Notes under the pieces: model-generated
Told to the model about the DNA's origin: nothing
The model's database searches: none
Seen by the model: only the letters and a program-made list of their open reading frames with translations
Part shown: positions 1-8,834 of the stretch, piece after piece
How the letters are laid out: each line of letters opens with the position of its first letter
How positions within the stretch are numbered: position 1 is the first letter of the stretch
Made by a program: the position numbers and the translations under genes
Source of the DNA: an uncultured Acetobacteraceae bacterium
GTDB lineage: Bacteria > Pseudomonadota > Alphaproteobacteria > CACIAM-22H2
DNA: 64,000 bases
Direction: 5' to 3'
Assembly (NCBI GenBank): GCA_964434345.1
Contig: CAYSUY010000001.1
Location: 8,681 to 72,680 of the forward strand

Positions 1-1142
1 TTCGCAACGAGGTGCCGCTGCGCTCGTTGACGGCTGCCTTCGACGCCTGGAAGGCGGTGACGTCGGCAATGGCCGAGTGCGGCAATCTCCAGGCCGAACT
101 GGACCAGAATTTCCGTCTCAAGCAGCCGGCTGCCTTCGCGGCGACGCCGTCGCTTTATCAGATCGGCGGCGTGTCCAACGGCACGATGACGCCGCTCGTG
201 AACGCCGGGACCATCCGGCCGCTCGACGATCTGGTGGCGAAATACGGCAGGCACCTGACGCCGAACCAGCTCGTGCGCATCGACGGCAAGGTGATGGCCG
301 TCGCGATGATGGTCAACGCGCAGCACCTGGTCTATCGCGAGGACATCCTGAAGGATCTGGGGATCGCCGTTCCGACCACCTATGACGAGGTGCTCGCGGC
401 CGCCGAGAAGATCAAGGCGTCGGGCAAGGTCCAGTATCCGCTGGGCGCGACCTTCAAGGCGGGCTGGGACCTGGCGCAGGATTTCAACAACATGTTCGCC
501 GGATACGACGGCGTGTTCGTGAAGCCCGACAACACCCCGGGCGTGAATTCGGATGCGGGCGTCAAGGCGCTTGAGACGATGAAGCGTCTTTCCGCGTACA
601 TGGACCCCGAGTTCCTCGTCTCGGACTCGACCTTTGTCCAGAAGCAGTTCCAGCAGGGCAAGATCGCGATGGCCAATCTCTGGGCATCGCGCCTGGGCGC
701 CCTCGAGGATTCGAAGGAAAGCCAGGTCGTCGGCAAGATCGGCGTGGCGGCGGCTCCGGCGGCGGTCAAGGGCGGCAGGCCCTCGACCACGCTGTGGTGG
801 GACGGGATCGTGATCGCCCGCAACATTCCCGACGCCGAAGCCGACGCCGCCTTCCGCGTCGCGATGGAGGGCCTCGACGAGGAGATGGTCAAGGCCAACA
901 ACGCATCCGCGGTCTGGCTGGTGGCCGGCTATGTCCCGAACAAGCTGGCACAGGGTTCGATCGATTCCGCCCGGGGCGGGGCGCCGAACTATGCGTCGAC
1001 CACCGCGATGGGCCTGATCCACAACGCCGTCGGCGAGAAACTCGCCGACTTCATGTCCGGCAAGAAGGACGCCCGGACCACCCTCGCGGAGATCGAGGCC
1101 GCGTATCTCGTCAAGGCGAAGGAGCAGGGGTTGGTGAAGTAA
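1..1142 (+). CDS. ABC transporter periplasmic solute-binding protein (sugar/CUT1-type, family 1), 5' end cut by window edge
   Basis: Frame of ORF 12..1142 stays open back to base 3, so the N-terminus and signal peptide lie upstream. The sequence has family-1 SBP character and is followed directly by MalF/MalG-type permease genes. Confidence 0.8.
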   Translation, partial: RNEVPLRSLTAAFDAWKAVTSAMAECGNLQAELDQNFRLKQPAAFAATPSLYQIGGVSNGTMTPLVNAGTIRPLDDLVAKYGRHLTPNQLVRIDGKVMAVAMMVNAQHLVYREDILKDLGIAVPTTYDEVLAAAEKIKASGKVQYPLGATFKAGWDLAQDFNNMFAGYDGVFVKPDNTPGVNSDAGVKALETMKRLSAYMDPEFLVSDSTFVQKQFQQGKIAMANLWASRLGALEDSKESQVVGKIGVAAAPAAVKGGRPSTTLWWDGIVIARNIPDAEADAAFRVAMEGLDEEMVKANNASAVWLVAGYVPNKLAQGSIDSARGGAPNYASTTAMGLIHNAVGEKLADFMSGKKDARTTLAEIEAAYLVKAKEQGLVK

Positions 1143-1176
1143 GGCGCCGGCGTCGGGAGGCACGGGAGGCGCGACG

Positions 1177-2205
1177 ATGCGGACGCGGAGCTTCGTCCTG
1201 TTCGTCGCGCCGTCCCTGGTGATGATGGCGCTGTTCATCGCCGCGCCTCTCGTCTCGGTGCTCGTGCAGAGCGTCCATCAGACGCGGACGGTCTTCCAGG
1301 ACACGATCGTCGAGAGTTGCACGCCCGGCTTCCTCGCCCCGACCTGCGTGCGCGAGACGCGTCGCATCCCCGTTCTCGGCGCCGATGGCCGCCCCGTGAC
1401 AGAGACCGTGCCGGTCGGCCTCGAGGCGTACCGACGGCTTCTGGAACCGGAACGCGTGATGGCCGCGCTGGCGCCTGGCGGCGGGGGGCTGGAGGCGATC
1501 CTGGCGATCGACTTCTACCGGGCGCTGCGCTTCACCCTGGTCTTCACCCTGGCGACGCTGCCGCTGGTGATCGGGCTCGGCCTTGCGATCGCGCTCGCGG
1601 TGGATGGTCTGGCGCGCGCATGGCGTGGCCCTGTCATCTTCGCGACCCTGCTTCCCTTCGTCATCACTCCGGTCGTGGGCGCGCTGTCGATACGCTGGCT
1701 GTTTCTGGGCGACGGGATCCTGACCCGGCTGATCGAATGGGTCCTCGCGCGCGACATCGCGATCTTCGCGCAGGGCTGGACGATCGAAGTGCTGATGCTG
1801 TTCTACCGCGTCTGGCATGTCGCGCCCTTCGCCTTCGTCGTGTTCTACGCCGGGCTGCAGACGGTCGACCGCGACACGCTCGAATCGGCGATCGTCGACG
1901 GGGCGTCGCGCTTCGAGCGGCTCACTGCCGTCATCGTGCCGCATCTCGCGCCGCTGATCGTCTTCGTCGCCCTGATCCATCTCATGGACAGCTACCGGGT
2001 CTTCGACGAGGTCGTCGGCTTCTCCAGCCAGGCGCATGTGATCTCGCTGCAATGGCTGACCTTCAGCTTCCTGATGCCGGACGAGACGGGGAACCGCGCG
2101 ATCACCCGCGCGGCGGCCTCGTCGATGCTGACCATGATCGGGATCGTCGTGCTCCTGATCGTGCCGCTGCGCCGCGCGTGGCGCGACCAGCGCGGCCGAA
2201 GGTGA
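1177..2205 (+). CDS. ABC transporter permease (MalF/UgpA-like)
   Basis: 342 aa with multiple hydrophobic spans. EAA-loop-like segment ESAIVDGASRFERLTAVIVPHL. Starts 34 nt after the SBP gene. Confidence 0.9.
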   Translation: MRTRSFVLFVAPSLVMMALFIAAPLVSVLVQSVHQTRTVFQDTIVESCTPGFLAPTCVRETRRIPVLGADGRPVTETVPVGLEAYRRLLEPERVMAALAPGGGGLEAILAIDFYRALRFTLVFTLATLPLVIGLGLAIALAVDGLARAWRGPVIFATLLPFVITPVVGALSIRWLFLGDGILTRLIEWVLARDIAIFAQGWTIEVLMLFYRVWHVAPFAFVVFYAGLQTVDRDTLESAIVDGASRFERLTAVIVPHLAPLIVFVALIHLMDSYRVFDEVVGFSSQAHVISLQWLTFSFLMPDETGNRAITRAAASSMLTMIGIVVLLIVPLRRAWRDQRGRR

Positions 2206-2209
2206 GCGC

Positions 2210-3139
2210 ATGAGCACGCCCAGGGCCCTGGCACGTCCGGCCTGGCTGCGCATCGCCGCGGCGGCTTTCCTGGCACTCTGGCTGCTCGTCGCCCTGTTCC
2301 CGCTCTGCTGGACGGCTCTGATGTCGTTCCGCAACCCCGTGGATGCGTTGTCCTCGAATCCCCTCGACGTCATCTTCGGCGCGACGACGTTCGCGCATTA
2401 CCATGCCGTCTGGGTGACGCATGGCTTCTGGCGGAACTTCCTGAACTCCATGATGGTCACCGCGGGCGTCGTGACGGTCTCCCTGTCGGTGGGAACCCTC
2501 GCCGGCTACGCCTTCGCGCGCAGCGACGGACGCCTTGCCTTCGGGTTGCTGGTCCTGGCCCTGATCTTCCGCGCGCTGCCGCATTCCGTGCTCGTCACCG
2601 GATACCTGCCGGTGTTCCTCGACACGCGCGATATCCTGGCGCCGCTCTGGACCGCCTGGCCCACCGCGTGGCTCTTCGCGTCCCTGTCGCCGGCGCCGCC
2701 GACGCTCTACGGCCAGCCCTGGGCCGTCATCGCGGTTCTCGTGGCGATCAACCAGCCCTTCACGATCTGGATGATGCGTTCCTTCTTTCGCAACGTGCCC
2801 ACCGAGATCGACGAGGCGGCGCGCGTGGATGGATGCACGCATTTCGGCGCGTTTCGCAGGGTCGTCATGCCGGTGATGTGGCCAGGCGTGATCACGACCG
2901 GCCTGTTTTCCTTCCTGCTCGCCTACAACGACTATCTCGTGACGGCGCTGCTGCTCGACGCGCAGTCGCAGACCATGGTGCCCGCCATCTCGCAGTTCAT
3001 GAACCGCGAGACACGGGCGGCCGACCAGATCGAGGCGATCGCGGCGGCGGTGTCGATCACCGCGCCGCTCTTCGTCCTGGTCATGGCGTTCCAGAAGCAG
3101 ATCGTCTCCGGCCTGACTGCCGGAGCCGTGAAAGGATGA
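2210..3139 (+). CDS. ABC transporter permease (MalG/UgpE-like)
   Basis: 309 aa polytopic protein. EAA loop EAARVDGCTHFGAFRRVVMPV. Starts 4 nt after the previous permease gene. Confidence 0.9.
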   Translation: MSTPRALARPAWLRIAAAAFLALWLLVALFPLCWTALMSFRNPVDALSSNPLDVIFGATTFAHYHAVWVTHGFWRNFLNSMMVTAGVVTVSLSVGTLAGYAFARSDGRLAFGLLVLALIFRALPHSVLVTGYLPVFLDTRDILAPLWTAWPTAWLFASLSPAPPTLYGQPWAVIAVLVAINQPFTIWMMRSFFRNVPTEIDEAARVDGCTHFGAFRRVVMPVMWPGVITTGLFSFLLAYNDYLVTALLLDAQSQTMVPAISQFMNRETRAADQIEAIAAAVSITAPLFVLVMAFQKQIVSGLTAGAVKG

Positions 3140-3143
3140 GGAC

Positions 3144-3680
3144 ATGAGCGGAGCACGGCCAGAGCAGGCGCATCTGACGCGCGACAACGATCTGACCAGG
3201 ACGGCGGACACGAAGCGCGTGATCGAGGCCATGATCGATGGCCTCAACGACCATCAGATCAACGGCATGGCCGCATTCTTCCACCCGGCGTTCCGCTGGA
3301 TGGGCAATGCCGGGTGCGGCACGAAGAACGGTCTGCGGGAGTTCCAGGAAAACTGGCAGCGTCCCTTCCAGGCGGCTTTTTCCGACAAGGTCGCCATCGA
3401 CGAGGCGCGCATCTTCCAGGGCGAATGGGGCGCGTCCTTCGGGGCGCAGCACGCGATCCATTCGGGACCCTTCATGGGGATCCCGGCCACCGGGAAGCGG
3501 GTCGAGATCCGCTACATGGATTTCTGGAAGGTGGTCGACGGCAAGATCGTCGACAATTGGGTGATGGTCGATTTCCCCCATGTTCTCCGCCAGCTCGGCG
3601 TCGACGTCTTCGGCGGCGAAGGGTGGGAGGCCTTCGATCGCGGCGAGCGGGTCCCGCCGCGTCCCGACCACGACAAGTGA
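3144..3680 (+). CDS. SnoaL-like / predicted ester cyclase family protein (single domain)
   Basis: 178 aa. The C-terminal pattern GIPATGKRVEIRYMDFWKVVDGKIVDNWVMVD is typical of SnoaL-like ester cyclases. Starts 4 nt after the permease stop. Confidence 0.7.
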   Translation: MSGARPEQAHLTRDNDLTRTADTKRVIEAMIDGLNDHQINGMAAFFHPAFRWMGNAGCGTKNGLREFQENWQRPFQAAFSDKVAIDEARIFQGEWGASFGAQHAIHSGPFMGIPATGKRVEIRYMDFWKVVDGKIVDNWVMVDFPHVLRQLGVDVFGGEGWEAFDRGERVPPRPDHDK

Positions 3681-3706
3681 CGCCCCCGAAAGCGAAGGAT
3701 GCGCCG

Positions 3707-4681
3707 ATGCCGATGACCGGTTTCGACCCGAGATGGAAGGATTTCCCCGACTACATCATCGGGATCACGAAGGAGATCTGGGAGGATCGCGGGATCGCGA
3801 CCCTTCATCGCTACTATGCCGAGGACATCGTCGTGCGCTCGCCGAGTTCGGTCGTGCGCGGCAATCGCGGCGTGATCGCCGCGACGATGGCGACCCTCGC
3901 GGAGTTCCCGGATCGTACGCTGCTCGGAGAGGACGTGATCTGGTCCGATCATCCGGAGCATGGGCTTCTGTCGTCCCATCGGCTGCTGTCCACCGCGACG
4001 CATGCGCGCGACGGCGTCTACGGCAAGGCCACCGGGCGAAAGCTGGTCTACAGGATCGTTGCCGACTGCGCCGCCCGCGACAACCAGATCTACGACGAGT
4101 GGCTGATACGCGACCAGGGGGCGATCGTGCGGCAGCTCGGCCTCGATCCGCGGGCCTATGCGGCCGCGCGGATCGCCGCGGAAGGCGGAGCGGAGCGCTG
4201 CGCGCGGCCGTTCTCGCCCGCGAACGACATTGCGGGCGACTATCGCGGTCGCGGCAACGATCATCCTGTCGGCCAGCGCTATGCGGATCTGCTGGGCCGC
4301 CTGATGGATGCGGATTTCGCCGCGATCCCGCAGGTCTACGATCGTGCCGCACAACTGGAGCATCCCGGTGGCGTCACCGGCCATGGCTGGGCGGATGCGG
4401 ATGCGTTCTGGCTGGGGCTGCGGTCGTCCTTCCCGTCTGCGCGGTTCGAGGTGCACCATGTGATCGGCCGCGACGATCCCGGCTTCTCGCCGCGCGCCGC
4501 GCTGCGCTGGTCCCTGACCGGGACCCATGACGGGTGGGGTGCGTTCGGCGCGCCGAGCGGAGCCGATGTCCATGTCATGGGCCTGTCCCATGCGGAATTC
4601 GGCCCGTGGGGCCTGCGGCGCGAATATGTGCTTTACGACGAGACCGCGATCTGGAAGCAGATCGTGATGAAGACGGGTTGA
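3707..4681 (+). CDS. tandem (two-domain) SnoaL-like / ester cyclase family protein
   Basis: Real start taken at the ATG at 3707 (SD GAAGGA upstream) inside track ORF 3314..4681. Two internal repeats each end in the same pattern as the upstream gene (GKATGRKLVYRIVADCAARDNQIYDEWLIRD and GAPSGADVHVMGLSHAEFGPWGLRREYVLYD). Confidence 0.65.
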   Translation: MPMTGFDPRWKDFPDYIIGITKEIWEDRGIATLHRYYAEDIVVRSPSSVVRGNRGVIAATMATLAEFPDRTLLGEDVIWSDHPEHGLLSSHRLLSTATHARDGVYGKATGRKLVYRIVADCAARDNQIYDEWLIRDQGAIVRQLGLDPRAYAAARIAAEGGAERCARPFSPANDIAGDYRGRGNDHPVGQRYADLLGRLMDADFAAIPQVYDRAAQLEHPGGVTGHGWADADAFWLGLRSSFPSARFEVHHVIGRDDPGFSPRAALRWSLTGTHDGWGAFGAPSGADVHVMGLSHAEFGPWGLRREYVLYDETAIWKQIVMKTG

Positions 4682-4737
4682 TGCGGACGACGCGGCCGGT
4701 GCATCCGGCCGTCAATGACCATGACCAGGAGGAAACG

Positions 4738-6057
4738 ATGAAATTTCGACGCAGGACTACGATTCTCGGTGCCGCGGCCATGGCCGCGGCGGCGCTCCAT
4801 CCATCGGCCGGCCAGGCGCAGATCGCGCCGGCGCTGTCGCGGGTCAAGACCGGCCGCCCGCATGCCGGCGAGGAGGTCAAGATCCTCTGCGTCGTCGCGA
4901 CCCAGTTCACCGCGCATCAGGCGCGCGCGGCCGCGTTCACCGACGCGACCGGGATCAAGGTCAGCTACACCTTCGTGCCCTTCGCCAACATGCGCGAGGC
5001 GCTGACCGCCGAGATGGTGGGGGGCGCCGGCGGCTACGACATGGTCACCGCGATGGACCAGTGGATCCCGTCGCTGACCAACCTGCTCGATCCCATCGAT
5101 GCGCGGCTCGCAGACAAGAAGATCGACACGGGCGCCTATCCGGGCGCGTTCCTTGGCGTCGGCCGGGTGGGCGGCAAGCTCTATGGACTGCCGACCCGCG
5201 GCCATGTGCAACTCATGTTCTATCGCAAGGATCTCTTCGCGAAGCATGGTCTGAAGGCGCCGGCGACCTGGGACGACGTCGTTGCCGCGGGCAAGCTTCT
5301 CCAGGAGAAGGAAAACATCGCGGGCATCGCGCTGCCCTACGGCAAGAACAACGGCCAGAACCTGATGGTCTGGTACAATTTCCTGTGGGGTCGCGGCGCG
5401 GACGTCTTCGACGCGCAGGGCATGCCGGCCTTCGCGTCCGAAGCCGGGCTCAAGGCGACGCAGGACTACATCGACATGCTGCGGACCCACAAGATCACCC
5501 CGCCGGCTGCCGTGTCCTTCACGGAACAGGATGCGGTCAACTCCATGCGCGGCGGCAATTCGGCGATGGTGCCGGTGTGGTGGTGGGTGCGCGGTGGTCT
5601 GCTCGATCCCAAGGTCTCGAAACTGACCGAGGATCAGGTCGGGGCCGCGCCGCTGCCGAATTTCGGCGCGGGCGCGCGCTCCACCTACATCAACTGCTGG
5701 ATCTACGGACTGACCGGACGGTCGCGCCGCAAGGACGCCGCGATGGAGTATCTCTCCTACGTCACGCATCCGGCGATCGAGCGCGACATCCTGCTCGATC
5801 CGAAGGAAAGCGACGTGGTGGCGGTGCAGACCTCGAACATGCTCGATCCGGACGTGAACCGGCGTTTCGGCGGGATCCACGAGATGGCCGCGCAGGCGTT
5901 GCAGAACACCAAGGCCGTGCCCTACTCGGCCGACTGGCCCCAGATGATGGAGGCGATCGAGACCGCCATGTCCGAGGCCGCGTCGGGCGCGAAGTCGGTT
6001 CCGGACGCCTTCAAGGGCGCCGAGGCGGCTGTCCGTCGAATCGCGCGTCGCGGGTGA
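4738..6057 (+). CDS. ABC transporter periplasmic solute-binding protein (sugar-type, family 1) with twin-arginine-like signal peptide
   Basis: Start at the ATG at 4738 (SD AGGAGGAA upstream). N-terminus MKFRRRTTILGAAAMAAAALHPSAGQAQ. Followed by two permease genes. Confidence 0.85.
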   Translation: MKFRRRTTILGAAAMAAAALHPSAGQAQIAPALSRVKTGRPHAGEEVKILCVVATQFTAHQARAAAFTDATGIKVSYTFVPFANMREALTAEMVGGAGGYDMVTAMDQWIPSLTNLLDPIDARLADKKIDTGAYPGAFLGVGRVGGKLYGLPTRGHVQLMFYRKDLFAKHGLKAPATWDDVVAAGKLLQEKENIAGIALPYGKNNGQNLMVWYNFLWGRGADVFDAQGMPAFASEAGLKATQDYIDMLRTHKITPPAAVSFTEQDAVNSMRGGNSAMVPVWWWVRGGLLDPKVSKLTEDQVGAAPLPNFGAGARSTYINCWIYGLTGRSRRKDAAMEYLSYVTHPAIERDILLDPKESDVVAVQTSNMLDPDVNRRFGGIHEMAAQALQNTKAVPYSADWPQMMEAIETAMSEAASGAKSVPDAFKGAEAAVRRIARRG

Positions 6058-6112
6058 CGAGGGTGCGCCGGGACCGGTCATCGCCGGTCCCGGCTGCGCC
6101 GGAGCGCGGGGC

Positions 6113-6997
6113 ATGAAGGACCGGGTCGTCAAATATCTGCTGATCCTGCCAGCGGGTTTCGTCGTCGTGGGGACCACGATCTGGCCGCTCGCGTCGGCCC
6201 TGATCGCGAGTTTTCGTGACTGGCGTCTGAAGCGCTCGCCATTGCCGGGGCGGTTCGTCGGCCTGGACAACTACGTGTTCGCCTTCGAGGAGCCGGAATT
6301 CATCAACGCGCTGAAGGTCACGGCGTGGTTCGTGGCGATCGACGTCGTGCTGACGCTGGCGTTGGCGCTCGGGCTCGCGCTGCTGCTGCGGCGCGCCGGT
6401 TTCCTGCAGAGCCTGACCAAGGCGGTGCTGATCATCCCCTTCGCGATGAGTCCCGCCCTCATCGGCGTGTCCTTCCGCTTCATGTTCAACGGCGAGCACG
6501 GCGTGATCGCAAAGGGGCTGGGCGCCTTCGTTCCCGGCCTTGCCGACGTGATCTGGCTCGCCCATCCGGTCTTCGCGCTGCTCGCCCTCGTATTCTCCGA
6601 TGTCTGGCACTGGTTCCCTTACATGACGCTCGTCATTCTCGGGGGACTGGCGGCGATCCCGGGGGAAACCGAGGAGGCGGCGCGCATCGACGGCGCAAGC
6701 GAGGGGCAGGTGCTGCGCCATGTCGTCCTGCCGCAACTCTCCGGCGTGCTTGCGGTCGTCGCGGTCCTCAAGACCATCTTCGCGCTCAAGATGTTCGACC
6801 AGGTCGTGACCCTCACCGGCGGCGGCCCCGGGATCTCCACCCAGACCCTCGCCCACTACATCTTCACGATCGGGTTCGTGCACTACGACATGGGCCTGGC
6901 TTCGGCACTCGCCTGGATGCTGACGATCGTGCTCGGCGTCGTCGGCGCGTTCTATCTGCGCCTCATCCTGCCGGGCGGGCGGGGCGCCCATGGCTGA
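6113..6997 (+). CDS. ABC transporter permease (MalF-like)
   Basis: 294 aa polytopic protein. EAA loop EAARIDGASEGQVLRHVVLPQ. Confidence 0.9.
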   Translation: MKDRVVKYLLILPAGFVVVGTTIWPLASALIASFRDWRLKRSPLPGRFVGLDNYVFAFEEPEFINALKVTAWFVAIDVVLTLALALGLALLLRRAGFLQSLTKAVLIIPFAMSPALIGVSFRFMFNGEHGVIAKGLGAFVPGLADVIWLAHPVFALLALVFSDVWHWFPYMTLVILGGLAAIPGETEEAARIDGASEGQVLRHVVLPQLSGVLAVVAVLKTIFALKMFDQVVTLTGGGPGISTQTLAHYIFTIGFVHYDMGLASALAWMLTIVLGVVGAFYLRLILPGGRGAHG

Positions 6998-7823
6998 GCG
7001 ACGCGCATCCTGGGGCGCGGTGGGGCGTGTCGCCGCCGCGACGGCCTTGCTGCTCGTCTTCGCGCTCATCGTCTTCCCGGTCGCGTGGCTCGTGCTCACG
7101 GCCTTCAAGCTTCCGCGCGACGTCTACGAGATCAAATGGCTGTTCGACCCGACCGTCGAGAATTTCCTGATCATCTTCCAGTCGCCCTGGCATCTCGGCA
7201 GGCGGATCCTCAACAGCGCGGTCGTCGCGGCGACGACGGTGGGGATCGCCATCCCCGTCGCGGCGCTCGCCGCCTATTCCTTCTCGCGCTTCGACTTCCT
7301 CCTCAAACGCGGGTTGTTCTACGCGATCCTCGCCACGCAATTCGTGCCCGCGGTCGTGATCATCCTTCCGTTCTACCTGATGTTCCGTGATCTCGGCCTG
7401 CTCGACACGCGGAGCGGACTCGTCATCGTCAACCTCGCGATCGTGACGCCCTTCGCGGTCTGGATGCTCAAGGGATTCTTCGACGCGGTGCCCGTGGAAT
7501 GCGACGAGGCGGCGCTGATCGACGGCGCCTCCCGGCTCGCGATCATCCGCCTCGTCGTCGTTCCGATGGCGTGGCCCGGCGTGATCGTAGCGGCGGTGTT
7601 CTGCTTCATCCTGGCCTGGAACGAGTTCATCTTCGCGTTGATCCTGACCCGCAACGACGCGGTCACGCTCCAGGTCGGACTCGCGAGTTTCCGGACCGAG
7701 CGCGGCGACGTCTGGGAACTGATGGCCGCCGCCGGGATCCTCATCACCATTCCCGCGGCCATCGCGGCGACCCTGATCCAGAAGCATTTCGTGAGCGGCC
7801 TGACCGGCGGGGCTGTGAAGTGA
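6990..7823 (+). CDS. ABC transporter permease (MalG-like)
   Basis: 277 aa polytopic protein. EAA loop EAALIDGASRLAIIRLVVVPM. Overlaps the previous gene by 8 nt. Confidence 0.9.
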   Translation: MAERRASWGAVGRVAAATALLLVFALIVFPVAWLVLTAFKLPRDVYEIKWLFDPTVENFLIIFQSPWHLGRRILNSAVVAATTVGIAIPVAALAAYSFSRFDFLLKRGLFYAILATQFVPAVVIILPFYLMFRDLGLLDTRSGLVIVNLAIVTPFAVWMLKGFFDAVPVECDEAALIDGASRLAIIRLVVVPMAWPGVIVAAVFCFILAWNEFIFALILTRNDAVTLQVGLASFRTERGDVWELMAAAGILITIPAAIAATLIQKHFVSGLTGGAVK

Positions 7824-7861
7824 ATTCCCGCGACGCAGGATACGCAGAGAGAGGACGGACC

Positions 7862-8833
7862 ATGTTCGACATCGCCAGCCGCATCGTGCGCTACGGGGAT
7901 CTCAGGCCTTGCCGTACCGCGTTCATCGATGCGCACACGCCGGGATCGGACCAGAAGGAGAATTTCTCGATCATCGGTGCCGGTGTCTCCGAATCCGCCG
8001 ACCAGCACGTGCATATCCGGGCCACCCCTGGCTTCAACATCGGTGCGGCGGGGCAACCGCCGAAGTGCCGGAACAGCCTGCATTCGCATCGCACTGCCGA
8101 GGTGTTCTTCGTCCTCAAGGGGCGCTGGCGCTTCTTCTGGGGACGCTGGGGACGCGCCGGCGAAGTGGTGCTCGAGGAGGGGGACATCTTCAACATCCCG
8201 ACGGGGATCTTTCGCGGGTTCGAGAATGTCGGCACCGATTACGGGATGATCATGTCGATCCTCGGCGGCGACGATGCAGGCGGCGGCGTGATCTGGGCGC
8301 CGCAGGTGATCGAGGACGCGCGCGCGCACGGGCTGGTTCTCGGGGCGAACGGACAACTCTACGACACCAGGAAGGGCGAGACCCTGCCGCCCGGCATCGC
8401 GCCGATGCCCGTTCTGACCGAGGCCGAGCTTGCCGCCTTCCCGGAGACGCCGGTCGATCAGGTCGTGCGGGCCCATGTGGCGCGCTACTGGGATCTGATG
8501 GCCCTCGCGGCGCGCCGGCCGGCCAAGGTCATCGCCGCCGACGGTGTGCTGCGCGATCGTCCTGGCTTCGAGGTGGAGCTGATCACCCGCGGATCGCTTG
8601 CCGAGACGCCCTACGCGACTTCGCGTCACGAGGTCCTGATGGCCATGCGCGGGCATTGGCGTCTGTCCTGGGAGGGCGGAGAGACGGTGCTGGCTCCCGG
8701 CGACATCTGCGCCGTGCCGCCCGACTTCCGCCACGCCCTCGCGCCGTCGATGACAGGCGAGGCCAGCCTCTACCGCGTGACGAATACCGACGATCCCGCC
8801 GGCGCGACCGGCCGCCTGCTGGGAGACGCATGA
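7862..8833 (+). CDS. bicupin (two cupin-fold segments) protein, function unknown
   Basis: Start at the ATG at 7862 within track ORF 7499..8833. Two cupin-like cores: HSHRTAEVFFVLKGRWRF..GDIFNIP and SRHEVLMAMRGHWRLSWEGGETVLAPGDICAVPP. Confidence 0.65.
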   Translation: MFDIASRIVRYGDLRPCRTAFIDAHTPGSDQKENFSIIGAGVSESADQHVHIRATPGFNIGAAGQPPKCRNSLHSHRTAEVFFVLKGRWRFFWGRWGRAGEVVLEEGDIFNIPTGIFRGFENVGTDYGMIMSILGGDDAGGGVIWAPQVIEDARAHGLVLGANGQLYDTRKGETLPPGIAPMPVLTEAELAAFPETPVDQVVRAHVARYWDLMALAARRPAKVIAADGVLRDRPGFEVELITRGSLAETPYATSRHEVLMAMRGHWRLSWEGGETVLAPGDICAVPPDFRHALAPSMTGEASLYRVTNTDDPAGATGRLLGDA

Positions 8834-8834
8834 C

